Virus record (IMG/VR): IMGVR_UViG_3300011189_000006 | Span: 27,135-91,134 of that record | Strand: one strand, 5' to 3' | DNA from: a virus | DNA: 64,000 nucleotides | In this document: one piece after another, positions 39,478-49,669 of the stretch | How the letters are laid out: the number at the start of each line of letters is the position of its first letter | Numbering within the stretch: the first letter of the stretch is position 1 | Translations under genes and position numbers: made by a program | Notes under the pieces: model-generated | Seen by the model: the letters and a program-made list of their open reading frames with translations, nothing else | Database searches by the model: none | Told to the model about the DNA's origin: nothing

Positions 39478-39714
39478 TTAAATATTAATTAGGTATCTGT
39501 AAAAACTTTTACCAGTTTTTACAAAAATTGTTATTATTAAATCCATAATGAGCCATAGCAAAAATATAACACCAAGTATGTTAGCAATTATTGGCATTCC
39601 ATTTTCAACAAACGACTTGTATATTAATGAGAATATAAACAATTCAGCAATCATATACCAAAATGTTATAAACACTCTGTGTACTAAATTAGTAATAAAG
39701 AATATAAAGTTCAT
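39478..39714 (-). CDS. Small membrane protein
   Basis: Two hydrophobic segments. Confidence 0.6.
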   Translation of the reverse strand: MNFIFFITNLVHRVFITFWYMIAELFIFSLIYKSFVENGMPIIANILGVIFLLWLIMDLIITIFVKTGKSFYRYLINI

Positions 39715-39800
39715 AATATTTTTATTTAATCAAATATAATAAAATATATTGACATACACTAATTTATTAAATAATTTTAGTTCTTTATCTTCACAACCAC

Positions 39801-40412
39801 CTATTCTGTGTACTTCTTATAGGAATAATATAAGAATAGTGTTGAAAATAATAATAAGAAATATAGTTCGAAGTATGTAGCTATAACCATCAATAGTATA
39901 ACCGTAATCATAGAAATTAAGCCAGTCTTTTTCTTATGCTTGGGTATACTTTTAAGTTCTAAAAAAGATTCTAATATAACACCACCATCGAGGGATGTTA
40001 TTGGTAACATATTAGTTATAAATAAAGTAATATTTATAATCATCATATAGATTAAAAACACATCTAGGAGAGCAATCTTTAAATAGGTAGTAAGTAGTAA
40101 TATTATGAATGAAATACCAAATAGTATTAGATTAGACAGTGGTCCAGAAAATGTTATAAAAATATCATCTTTTGGTTTTATATTACTAGACATCGATGCT
40201 GATCCAAATAAAATACCAATGTCAATACCATACACCTCATAACCCAGCGATAAGGCTGATCTTGCATGTGCTAGTTCATGAATTATTACGGATATAAATA
40301 TTGCTAATACTATTTCTATATTAAAAAATATGAATAATAGAAGAAAGAATAAGCTAAATGTAATTTGAACACCTTTGAATTTGAAAAGTTTAATACTTGT
40401 AAAAGTTGATAT
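39801..40412 (-). CDS. M50 site-2 intramembrane metalloprotease (no canonical start codon)
   Basis: The frame extends upstream of ORF-track start 40235 to include IIHELAH; also SGPLSN and NMLPITSLDGG. Only ATA/ATC/ATT candidate starts precede HELAH. Confidence 0.8.
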   Translation of the reverse strand: MSTFTSIKLFKFKGVQITFSLFFLLLFIFFNIEIVLAIFISVIIHELAHARSALSLGYEVYGIDIGILFGSASMSSNIKPKDDIFITFSGPLSNLILFGISFIILLLTTYLKIALLDVFLIYMMIINITLFITNMLPITSLDGGVILESFLELKSIPKHKKKTGLISMITVILLMVIATYFELYFLLLFSTLFLYYSYKKYTE

Positions 40413-40446
40413 GATTTTTATTTTTATTTATTTTGTGATTAATATG

Positions 40447-40965
40447 CTACTCACTTTTTAGCCTTTTTTTAGCACTATTAAAAGCGTTTTTGTAGCTTAC
40501 TAATTGCCCAACGCTTTGTCCAATAGTCCTAAAGTTATGTACTTTTAAAACAAGATACATATACTGTGCATTATCACTTAATGATAATACATTTACTCGA
40601 TTGTCTCTTACCACGCCTTTAAACTTATTCGGCAACATTTTCAAGGACTTAAGTCGTTTGTATATCTTTTTATCTGAAAAGTTATTAGCTTCTAAATATG
40701 ACATAAGGTTAATAATATTCTTTTCCAATTCTGATATATTATCAAGAGTATGATTAAGTTTATAAGCTCTTTCCTTCATCTTAAGGTAAGAAGCACCATC
40801 ATATATTTCCCTTTTGTTATAAAGAGTAACAGTAGCTTCTGTTAAAATACTGCTAGTTGCTAGATAATCTAGAAATGATGATAGATTTTCTTCGCTATGG
40901 AAAATTCTTAATTTCTTAGAGTATCTATTCTTTTTAACTGTCCATAGTTTATCATTCATAATCAA
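40447..40965 (-). CDS. Hypothetical protein
   Basis: ORF track. Confidence 0.65.
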   Translation of the reverse strand: MIMNDKLWTVKKNRYSKKLRIFHSEENLSSFLDYLATSSILTEATVTLYNKREIYDGASYLKMKERAYKLNHTLDNISELEKNIINLMSYLEANNFSDKKIYKRLKSLKMLPNKFKGVVRDNRVNVLSLSDNAQYMYLVLKVHNFRTIGQSVGQLVSYKNAFNSAKKRLKSE

Positions 40966-42050
40966 TTTATTTCTTCACCAGTTTCCTTATAGGCTGGGTT
41001 TATTAGCTTTAATCTAATGCTTTTACCATCTCTAGCATTTCTATCTACATATGGTCTTAGTACAAATCCCTCTCTTATGTGAATACTATTACCAGATACT
41101 AATTCTTTCCCTTTACATAACTTAATTATTTCTTTAGGTAGCGAATAATTAGTTTTAGTCTTTCTGATACCCTCCTCTTTGTTTTCATACAAAACTATTT
41201 CCTCTTCTTCTAGTTTTATATTACCATCAAAAAGAATAGGCACCCATAAATCTAATAGGTCTTGAGGAACTTTGTCATAAGGAATTGATATACTATTAAC
41301 CCTTACATCAAATATAAGAACAGAAGGCTTAATCCTACCATAACTATATCCACCTTGTACAGGTAGAACTTCACCAAATACTTGAACTATCCCATTATCA
41401 AAATTAGACTTAATCTTATTAACTATGTCATCATTTTTAGAAGCCTGCCAATATGTATTTGTTTCACTATCATCAATACATAAGCCTTTTTTAAGCATAC
41501 CTTTAGAAGAAACCATAGTTTCATCATTATCTAGGTCATGTGCTAGTATAAACTGACTACCATGTACTTTCTCTGTGATAATAACCCTTTCCCCTTGTAC
41601 AATTTGATTAATATAAATAGCAATTTGGTCACAATCATGACTACCTATATGGTTCATCTCATATGGTTTGACACTACCTTCCAATTCTTGGGGAATTGGG
41701 GGTTCATATTTAGATATACATAAATCATCTGATATATCGATACCTATACTATAATCGTCAAAATTAGGGACTAGGTGTTTTGGTACTAATATACCAGAGG
41801 ATATCTCACCTCTTAATCTCACACCTTTGACTCTATTATGATTTGACCCAACTAAATAATTCTCAAACGATGTCTTTATTTCCCCCTCTAGTACAGATTT
41901 TTCGGGTACAAATATTACTTCATCCCCATCTTTGTAGAGTCCCCTTTGGACTACAACTTGATAAGACCCTACTTTACCCACCTCTAATGCATCTGCATTA
42001 GGATGGGTGAATAGTTCTATTTTTTCTTTGCTTACTTTCCAATCACTCAT
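40962..42050 (-). CDS. ATP-dependent RNA ligase (DRB0094/Rnl2-type with N-terminal OB domain)
   Basis: HPNADALE, TEKVHGS (motif I), FGE, IFD, REGFVLRP, LKLIN. Confidence 0.88.
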   Translation of the reverse strand: MSDWKVSKEKIELFTHPNADALEVGKVGSYQVVVQRGLYKDGDEVIFVPEKSVLEGEIKTSFENYLVGSNHNRVKGVRLRGEISSGILVPKHLVPNFDDYSIGIDISDDLCISKYEPPIPQELEGSVKPYEMNHIGSHDCDQIAIYINQIVQGERVIITEKVHGSQFILAHDLDNDETMVSSKGMLKKGLCIDDSETNTYWQASKNDDIVNKIKSNFDNGIVQVFGEVLPVQGGYSYGRIKPSVLIFDVRVNSISIPYDKVPQDLLDLWVPILFDGNIKLEEEEIVLYENKEEGIRKTKTNYSLPKEIIKLCKGKELVSGNSIHIREGFVLRPYVDRNARDGKSIRLKLINPAYKETGEEIN

Positions 42051-42079
42051 ATCTTTTTTTTTATTTATTGGTTATTAAA

Positions 42080-42817
42080 TTACTTTTTAAGAACTTCTTT
42101 ATAGTAGTAATCATCAAATCCTTCTAGCATTTCATTCATGCCTTTTTTCTTATTACCACCAATTACTTCGTCAATTATACCGAATTCTAATGCTTCATCG
42201 GAATGTAACCAGTTGTCAACTCTAGATGAGTTTAACATGTCTTCAAATGACTTTCCACAGTTTTCTGCCAATATCTTAAAAAGAATGTAATTATACTTTT
42301 CTGCCTCAATTTGGCCTACTCTAGTATCTTGTACATTACCTTGGCTACCATGTGATACCATGTGTGTCATTACCTTTGCATATGGTAGAGAAAATCTTTT
42401 ACCTTTAGCACCAGCTGATAGAATTACTGATCCCATAGATGCACACATACCAGTATTGATAGTCGCAATATCAGACTTTACATAATCCATAACATCAACA
42501 ATAGATAAGCCACTTTTAACACTTCCACCTGGTGTATCTATATGCATAGTTATATCTGAAGCATTATCTACATCGTCTAGATACATTAGTTGTGCCATCA
42601 CAATTGAGGACATACCATCACCTACCTCACCAGTGAGCCATAGTATTCTATCCCTAAGCATTCTAGAGAATATATCCATTTGAGTAACCCTAAGTTCTCT
42701 CTCTTCTAAAATATAAGGAGTTAAGCTTGATGATATTTGCTTATCTGCATAATCTAATTTTGATGTTGAAATTCCTCTTGAATTTGCAAATTTTTTGAAA
42801 TCTTTTCCGTTATTCAT
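42080..42817 (-). CDS. clpP: ATP-dependent Clp protease proteolytic subunit
   Basis: DIFSR...DRI, TPGGSV, GMCASMG, H, EALEFGIIDEV. Confidence 0.95.
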   Translation of the reverse strand: MNNGKDFKKFANSRGISTSKLDYADKQISSSLTPYILEERELRVTQMDIFSRMLRDRILWLTGEVGDGMSSIVMAQLMYLDDVDNASDITMHIDTPGGSVKSGLSIVDVMDYVKSDIATINTGMCASMGSVILSAGAKGKRFSLPYAKVMTHMVSHGSQGNVQDTRVGQIEAEKYNYILFKILAENCGKSFEDMLNSSRVDNWLHSDEALEFGIIDEVIGGNKKKGMNEMLEGFDDYYYKEVLKK

Positions 42818-42897
42818 ATTTGTTTTTGTTGTTATTAATTAAGTGGCAAATATAGTAATATTTTTGTAATCTACCATATATATTTGATGTTATTAAT

Positions 42898-43971
42898 TTA
42901 TATAAGTTCTATGTCTTCATATCCATATTCCATAAGAATATCAATAACCTCTGGTCTATCTCTAGCAGATTTTAAAGCTCTGTAGTCTGATTTAGATACA
43001 TCAGCACCATTTTCTAGTAAATATTTTATTACTTTGATTGATGCACCATTCTCAATTGATTCTACTAACCCATCAGTCTCACAAATCTCCGCACCACCTT
43101 CAATCAGTAATTTGATCATAGGAAGCTTCGTATCATCACTAGTCATACAAGCTATATTTAATGCATAATTTGCTAAGTCAAAATCATCAACTCTATCTAT
43201 CAATGCTTCTACGTGTTTGAAATATTTCTGATCCTCAGTCAAGTAATTCATAATATGATTAATAGTATTAGATGTGAGTTTAGAATAATCAGAAAGTAAC
43301 AATTCTGTTATTTTATCTCTATCATCTGAAATTGAATAGTTTATACACATCCCATCACTAAAATTAATATCAGCACCGTTTTCAATTAAAAAATTTACAG
43401 ATTCAAAAGAACCATACCTACATGCTATAGATAAGCAATTATCATCTTCACTTTCCATATTAATATCAGCACCATTATCTATATGTGCTTTTATCACTTT
43501 TTTTAGACCATTTTTGCAAGCATTATTTAAACTAATATCAAGCAATCTTACTCCAACTCTATTAGGATTTGCGAGATACTTGAATAAAATATCATCCTCA
43601 CCTCCTAGATAAACTCTATTATTATCAAGAAATCCTCTCTTATCATACTCCTTAATAAAAGATAAATTACTACAGACATTGCATATGTTGTATACAAAAT
43701 GAATACTAGCATTTTTAAGCATATTGTATCTTGTTTCAATACAATATTCAAATAAGACTTCATCACTTCTTAACTTATCTAGATTATCCTTAGATATAAA
43801 AATAGCAGATTTAATAATAGATTTAATTAAATCTGTGTAATTACTATCAACAAAATAATCAAATAGTTTATTTTCTATACAATACTGTGAATTTAAGTAT
43901 TCTATTTTAGATTCTAGAGTTTGTGTTTCAAACCACTCAATTACGTTTTCTTGATTTTCTTGATTGTTCAT
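42898..43971 (-). CDS. Ankyrin repeat protein
   Basis: Repeated LIENGADIN / LLENGADVS. Likely start is ATG 43971, downstream of the promoter at 43995. Confidence 0.85.
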   Translation of the reverse strand: MNNQENQENVIEWFETQTLESKIEYLNSQYCIENKLFDYFVDSNYTDLIKSIIKSAIFISKDNLDKLRSDEVLFEYCIETRYNMLKNASIHFVYNICNVCSNLSFIKEYDKRGFLDNNRVYLGGEDDILFKYLANPNRVGVRLLDISLNNACKNGLKKVIKAHIDNGADINMESEDDNCLSIACRYGSFESVNFLIENGADINFSDGMCINYSISDDRDKITELLLSDYSKLTSNTINHIMNYLTEDQKYFKHVEALIDRVDDFDLANYALNIACMTSDDTKLPMIKLLIEGGAEICETDGLVESIENGASIKVIKYLLENGADVSKSDYRALKSARDRPEVIDILMEYGYEDIELI

Positions 43972-44033
43972 AACCTTATATTTTAAGTTCAATACAAATA
44001 TAGTAATATTTTTAATATAAGTAAGCCTTATTT

Positions 44034-44318
44034 TTATATTTTTCTTAATCTATTTTTATTAACCCAAACTAATTTCCCATTACCATAAACATATTTCACA
44101 AGTACACTACTCTCTGGTGTTATCACTTCTACTTCTGTGGTATTATCTAATAATAGTTTATCACCATGAGTGAGTTTTGTGTGAACTTCCATATCTAAGA
44201 TTTTCAATGCTTCAATAGCTTTGTCAACATCAGCTTTTGCTTCAAACCAATCTGTTTCAGATGTTGATTCAAAATATCTAATATTTTCAATAGCTTCTAT
44301 AATTTCTTTAAATTCCAT
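44034..44318 (-). CDS. Hypothetical protein
   Basis: ORF track. Confidence 0.65.
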   Translation of the reverse strand: MEFKEIIEAIENIRYFESTSETDWFEAKADVDKAIEALKILDMEVHTKLTHGDKLLLDNTTEVEVITPESSVLVKYVYGNGKLVWVNKNRLRKI

Positions 44319-44326
44319 TTATTTAT

Positions 44327-44932
44327 TTATTTTGGTGCTGATTTTCTAAAATCTGATAACGCTTTGTTATGTAGTGGTTTGAAATCATTATAAAGCTTAT
44401 CCCAGCTTTGTTCTGTTTTTAGAATGTTATACCATATTTTGTTAGCAGATTGGAAATCAATATATCCTTTGTCTAAAACTTGTTTAGCAAAAATAGGTAT
44501 TCTAATAGAGTGAAATAATGATTTTAAACCAATTTTAGTATCACCCTTTTGTATTTTCTTTTTTGCTTTAACCCAAGAGTTTGAACTTATATGAGAAATT
44601 GCATGTCTTATCTTTGGTATTGATATTTCAAATGTAGTGACGTAATCAATATTTTCTCTTAATATTGCCCAGGGTGGTGCATATATACATTCTATATTAT
44701 TTACTCTATGCCAGTCCAAATCTTTCTGAAATCTATCAGGTGTATAAACATGTACATTAATATTCCCCTCCACAATTTCAACACATTCAACGGAGTTGTT
44801 AGCAACCATAATAACATCCCAATCGGAAAGGCTATTATAATTGCCATATACTCTACTGCCAAATATATATACATTATGTATTCTACTATGGTGTATTTTA
44901 GACGCTCTTATTATATCATCTAGTTTAATCAT
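44327..44932 (-). CDS. Pol-beta-superfamily nucleotidyltransferase
   Basis: FGSRVYG...SDWDV; C-terminal KSLFHSIR helical domain. Confidence 0.8.
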   Translation of the reverse strand: MIKLDDIIRASKIHHSRIHNVYIFGSRVYGNYNSLSDWDVIMVANNSVECVEIVEGNINVHVYTPDRFQKDLDWHRVNNIECIYAPPWAILRENIDYVTTFEISIPKIRHAISHISSNSWVKAKKKIQKGDTKIGLKSLFHSIRIPIFAKQVLDKGYIDFQSANKIWYNILKTEQSWDKLYNDFKPLHNKALSDFRKSAPK

Positions 44933-44935
44933 TTG

Positions 44936-46555
44936 TTATATTTGTTTAGCTAATCTTTCTCTTATTTCACTAAAAGTGGTTTGATTAAAGAACTCACCAT
45001 CTTTAAATATTACCTTTAATTCATTATCGTCTTTGTTTACTTCTTCCCAAGATACTTGATCTATAAGAACATACTCACCATCTTTTTTAATAACCTTTAA
45101 AAGTCCTTTTGCGGATTTCTTAATACCAGAATCAGTAATAGGATCTTTGAACACTTCTATTCCTTCTATTTTTCCATCTACCTCAATCTCAACATATGTA
45201 GCTTTTTGTGCCATCCCGTGTGTGTCTCTTGTTACCATTTGTAAAGAATAAGAACCAACACCTAGTACAACATTAGTTGTTGCAAAATTCTTAAAAGAAA
45301 GTCTTTCATATATCCTTTCTGCTCTATCATAATTTATAGAATCGCCATAAATGACACCTACCTTTTCATTTAGCTTAACATATCCTTCCTTAGATTTTAC
45401 ACCACCAAATGTATCATATAATAGCTCTACAACACCTTTAAAGGAAGGATGGTCTATATCACAGTCTTTAGTATTATCTAGGCTATTATAACCACATATG
45501 ATATCAACTGGGTCGCCAGAGTCTGGTCTAATAACTATCTTACCTTCTCTTCTAAGTATTAATTTCTTTAGCCTAGGCATATATTCATTCAAAACCTCCC
45601 ATAGGTCAAACGTGTCAGATACTAAAGATAGGATACCTGTTGGGTTGTCTATTATTAACTTTTTAAATGTTGCAAACTCTGCAATCTTTCTAATTTCTTC
45701 ATTTGATAAGTTGTCAACTTCCTCTTTTGGTGAGTTCAGATACTCACATACAATATCATCTAATTCCCCTTTTTTTATAAGCATTTCATAGAATCCTACA
45801 TTAGCAGAGGTTACTGAGTGTTCAGTAGCAATCACTGAATTAATAACCACTTCTTTTTCATCATAGAACATTCTAGTTGCTGGTATAACTGGTAAGCTAT
45901 CCCCACCTTTTGATGATGATGCAAATCCAATACCACTGTTTATAATACTAGATTTACCACTTAGACCCCTCATTGCAAAATCGTGATTTTGATAATCAAC
46001 AAACCACATGTTCTCGCTATCAGTTTTAGTTATCCACTTGGTAGAAAGCCTTCTCAACGCAAATGATAATGTTGCGGATGTTGGTGCTTGCCATGCCTCA
46101 GCAGAGTTTATAGTCTCTAAATAATTAACTAACCAATCAAATATTTTATTATTCAATGGTTTTGTATTAACGATAGTGGTCATTGGTACTTTATAAGGTA
46201 TTCTTTCACCTTCTGTAATTGACCTAAATTCTAATGGAAGATATCCTAACTTATGAAGGTCTTTAAAATGTGATACATCAAATGGCTTATCCATCATTAA
46301 CATATCAGTCATATCTTTTCCAAATTGGTCAATTTCTTCAATAGGTCTATTAAAGAAATTTTCATCCCAATCTTTTTTCATTTTTCTAGTAGTCATCTGT
46401 GATCCAATAACCACTACTTTACCATCGTTTGGACAATTACTATGTTTACCACTTCTTGGTGTAAGGTTTGACTGCATCAAAACACTACCATTTGGTAGCA
46501 TTGCTTTATGTCCTGTTTTATAGACATCTGTGTAATATATTTCTAAAAAATTCAT
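44936..46555 (-). CDS. NAMPT-like enzyme (probable Namat, nicotinamide ADPR-transferase)
   Basis: TDVYK.GH, HDFAMRG, ATEHS, SLVSDTFD, VIRPDSGDP, IYGDSI, KDPITDSG.KKSAKG. Confidence 0.9.
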   Translation of the reverse strand: MNFLEIYYTDVYKTGHKAMLPNGSVLMQSNLTPRSGKHSNCPNDGKVVVIGSQMTTRKMKKDWDENFFNRPIEEIDQFGKDMTDMLMMDKPFDVSHFKDLHKLGYLPLEFRSITEGERIPYKVPMTTIVNTKPLNNKIFDWLVNYLETINSAEAWQAPTSATLSFALRRLSTKWITKTDSENMWFVDYQNHDFAMRGLSGKSSIINSGIGFASSSKGGDSLPVIPATRMFYDEKEVVINSVIATEHSVTSANVGFYEMLIKKGELDDIVCEYLNSPKEEVDNLSNEEIRKIAEFATFKKLIIDNPTGILSLVSDTFDLWEVLNEYMPRLKKLILRREGKIVIRPDSGDPVDIICGYNSLDNTKDCDIDHPSFKGVVELLYDTFGGVKSKEGYVKLNEKVGVIYGDSINYDRAERIYERLSFKNFATTNVVLGVGSYSLQMVTRDTHGMAQKATYVEIEVDGKIEGIEVFKDPITDSGIKKSAKGLLKVIKKDGEYVLIDQVSWEEVNKDDNELKVIFKDGEFFNQTTFSEIRERLAKQI

Positions 46556-46899
46556 ATTGTTGTTTTTTTATAAGTTATGCTTAATCCCAATTCTTTTGCT
46601 ATTTTTATTTCTTTACTAACCATCTTATCTTTATTCCACCCTGGTATTTTATAGACTACCATTTCTACACTTTTTTCTATAAAAGCTTTAGATAAAGATA
46701 ACCAGAGTTCTAAGTCAATGGGTTCTTCCTTAAAATTTAAAAGTGTATGACTATAAGTTACTGGAGAAAATGCTATAACAGATTTCTTATTTAATTCTGC
46801 TATGTATAAAGACACCAATGCAAAGTTATTTTCTCTTGTATACGGATTATCGTCAAAATATGGTGAAGAAACAAAAACGATTTTATCTTTAGTATTCAT
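46552..46899 (-). CDS. DUF1937-like / nucleoside deoxyribosyltransferase-fold protein
   Basis: FVSSPY, AFSPVTYSH, IPGW....V..EI..A. Confidence 0.7.
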   Translation of the reverse strand: MNTKDKIVFVSSPYFDDNPYTRENNFALVSLYIAELNKKSVIAFSPVTYSHTLLNFKEEPIDLELWLSLSKAFIEKSVEMVVYKIPGWNKDKMVSKEIKIAKELGLSITYKKTTI

Positions 46900-47788
46900 T
46901 TTTAAAAATGTCTAGTTGTTTAATTTTCTTAATTTCATATGGGTTATTCTCCATAAATGAATCATCACTTATCTCCGAATAACTGTTAGTTGAGTAAATA
47001 CCGTCAAAATATTTATTGAGTTCTTTAAACCCTTTAGAAAAAACACCATGTGATACTATTAAATATATTTCAGTATTAAATTCTCTTTTAGGTCTTTTAC
47101 TTAATATAACTTTAGCAATCTCAATAAATGTTCGCCCACCATCACATATATCATCTATGATAACAAATTTGTTAGCATCTGAATCAATTAATGGTACTTC
47201 TGTATGTGATATCTCACCAGTAATTAAGTTTCTTACTTTTGATGCCATAATCACTCTATCTCTATCAAAGATTTTTGCTATACCAAACGCCTTCTTCAAA
47301 GCTCCAGCATCAGGTGATATAATACTTGTGTCATTACTATAGATATCTTTAGTGATATCTTTCATAGCAAACATAACTAGTTCTACATTGGATATTTTTA
47401 TATAATTATTCACACAAGCCTCTATCACATCAGAGTGTGAGTCATAAACACTTACTGATTTATAGTTTTGTAAGTTTATGATTGGTGCAATAACATTTTT
47501 TATGTAGTTAGAGCCACCTTCACTAAATTTTCTATCAGATCTACCACCTAGGAAGTATGGTATATATAAGTTTATATTTTTAATACCCATTTCTTTAAGT
47601 GATGCAGTTGCACTTATTATAAGTTCTAAATCTTTAAAACTACATAAGCGGCTTTTTATAGTCACATTATCATCTGTGTTTGGTGTTAACACATGTACAA
47701 TATCAACAGACTGTTGTCCATCAGGAAACCTTGATATTTTATATTTTATTTCTGAATTTTCAGAAGTTAAATCTAAAACTATGTCCAT
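46889..47788 (-). CDS. PRPP-synthetase-like enzyme (probable Adps, ADPR-PP synthetase)
   Basis: FPDGQ, IPYF...RSDR, DSHS, ISPDAGA, IIDDICDGGRTF, SHG.FS. Confidence 0.9.
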   Translation of the reverse strand: MDIVLDLTSENSEIKYKISRFPDGQQSVDIVHVLTPNTDDNVTIKSRLCSFKDLELIISATASLKEMGIKNINLYIPYFLGGRSDRKFSEGGSNYIKNVIAPIINLQNYKSVSVYDSHSDVIEACVNNYIKISNVELVMFAMKDITKDIYSNDTSIISPDAGALKKAFGIAKIFDRDRVIMASKVRNLITGEISHTEVPLIDSDANKFVIIDDICDGGRTFIEIAKVILSKRPKREFNTEIYLIVSHGVFSKGFKELNKYFDGIYSTNSYSEISDDSFMENNPYEIKKIKQLDIFKNEY

Positions 47789-48063
47789 ATTTCATTATTT
47801 TTTTCCAGAAAGTCTTTCTGAGTTCCTAATTTATCAATTTCAAAGTTATGGACTTCGTGTGAGAAATACTCAAAAGTGAAATCAATATTACTTTTTTCAG
47901 ACACCATTTGTTTTAAAATTTCTTTTAGCCTTTCCTCATCTAGTAAGTATTTTTTTTCAAGTTCTATTCTGAATAACTTACCACTGTCAATAGGAGTCAA
48001 TAATTTATCTTTAGATTCATTATTTTTATATACTTGACAGCTTACTATTACCTTTCTTCTCAT
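47779..48063 (-). CDS. Hypothetical protein
   Basis: Translationally coupled ORF. Confidence 0.6.
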   Translation of the reverse strand: MRRKVIVSCQVYKNNESKDKLLTPIDSGKLFRIELEKKYLLDEERLKEILKQMVSEKSNIDFTFEYFSHEVHNFEIDKLGTQKDFLEKNNEIWT

Positions 48064-48245
48064 TTGTTTACGATTTGTATTTTTAATTGTCTTATCTTAC
48101 ACTTAATCCAATGCTTATCTTTAGATGATAATTCTTCATTAGTAATACCTAAGATTTTTTGAAGCTCGTCAGATAAATAAGATTTATTGCTATTTGTATT
48201 GTAATTTGGTTCTTCTGTTTGGTCAAAGTCGAATTCGTATGCCAT
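48060..48245 (-). CDS. Hypothetical protein
   Basis: Translationally coupled ORF; C-terminal IRQLKIQIV. Confidence 0.6.
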   Translation of the reverse strand: MAYEFDFDQTEEPNYNTNSNKSYLSDELQKILGITNEELSSKDKHWIKCKIRQLKIQIVNK

Positions 48246-48409
48246 TTTTTATTTTTTATTATAATACTATTTATAGTACTATTTTTTAATTTGTTTAATG
48301 TATTATTTTAAAGTATTTATAATTTTCAACCAATTGAATATTTATTAATGTTTAAAATAAATCACCTTACAATACTTGTAGTACCTATATAGTCTTATTT
48401 ATGAACTAA

Positions 48410-48934
48410 TTAAAATTTCCAGTTAAAAATGTTTTTTAATTCCCTTTTATCTAAATCAGTGAAATTATTAAATCCCCTTTTTATTAGAAAATCCTTCACT
48501 ACACTATCTTGTTTATCTTTCAATGAATAAGCTATATTTTTGACCTCATCATATGATAGGTTAAAAAATTCTATAACTGGTATCTTATCAATACCTATTT
48601 CAATAGCAGCTATAGCTCTATGTCTGCCTTCTTGTGAGGAGGAATCCCTCACTATATAAGGTATTGGGAATTTATCCCCACTCAACATATCCTGAGCATA
48701 CTTTCTAGCTTTTTCTATTGATACTGCATTGGAGTCAATAGTCTCTTGATATGTTAATCCAAGATTTTCACCAACGTATTTAATATACTCTTTTGGATTC
48801 ATATACTTTAGTATAGCAGATATATCCTTGCTTAATATAGAATACAATGGGTGCTTAAATTCCACGTGGTCATATATTCGGTTCATGTCAAAGGGATTTA
48901 TTTTTTGACTAAATTCTTCAAATTTACTTATCAT
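48410..48934 (-). CDS. ParB/Srx-like domain protein with capsid-targeting-like N-terminus
   Basis: KFPIPYI...QEGRHRAIAA...IPV; MISKFEEF. Confidence 0.65.
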   Translation of the reverse strand: MISKFEEFSQKINPFDMNRIYDHVEFKHPLYSILSKDISAILKYMNPKEYIKYVGENLGLTYQETIDSNAVSIEKARKYAQDMLSGDKFPIPYIVRDSSSQEGRHRAIAAIEIGIDKIPVIEFFNLSYDEVKNIAYSLKDKQDSVVKDFLIKRGFNNFTDLDKRELKNIFNWKF

Positions 48935-49208
48935 GTTTTATTGATAAGGTTAGAGATTTAAAAATCAATAAATCAATCATATTACTTCTTTTTATTTTTA
49001 TTACTTTTACTTATAGATTTTATGTTTTCTATAAGTAAACATAATAGTAATACAATAGATGATGCCAATATTTCCATATGAGTATATATTAGTCAAATAA
49101 CTTATTTCTATAGTTTAAATGTTAAGATAACTTAAAATTATTAAATATATATTATATATCATGATGTTGCATGTTTTTGACTAATATACAGTATTTTAAA
49201 ACTTAATA

Positions 49209-49667
49209 TTAATCTTCACTTATTGGTTTCAAAACAAGGGAATTAAGTGCTTTTATGAATCCGTCTTTGTAACATAAGTTTATATCTTTATATAAATCAG
49301 AATCTATATTAACCAATTTTTCATCTGAAAGATATCTTACATTATAGACAAAATAATAATCATTACTAACAGAATTACTACTATATGTAACAGTCATAAT
49401 AATCCCATATTTGGTAAATAACCAATTTTTTAAATCCCCTCTTGTAGGTGCTAAAGTATAGTCACTATTTTGAAAGAATTCTACCAAAATAGGAGTTTCG
49501 CTCTCATAACCGATTTCATAACCGATTTCAAATCTACTTAATGCAGTTTCTTCATTCTGAGTTCTTCTTATTTTATCTCTCCAAATTGAATATGCCGAGT
49601 AACAAGTCTCATTATACTCCTTTTTCTTCGCTAATGCAGCTACATCAAATGATATTACCTTATCCAT
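49209..49667 (-). CDS. Hypothetical protein
   Basis: ORF track. Confidence 0.65.
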   Translation of the reverse strand: MDKVISFDVAALAKKKEYNETCYSAYSIWRDKIRRTQNEETALSRFEIGYEIGYESETPILVEFFQNSDYTLAPTRGDLKNWLFTKYGIIMTVTYSSNSVSNDYYFVYNVRYLSDEKLVNIDSDLYKDINLCYKDGFIKALNSLVLKPISED

Positions 49668-49669
49668 AT

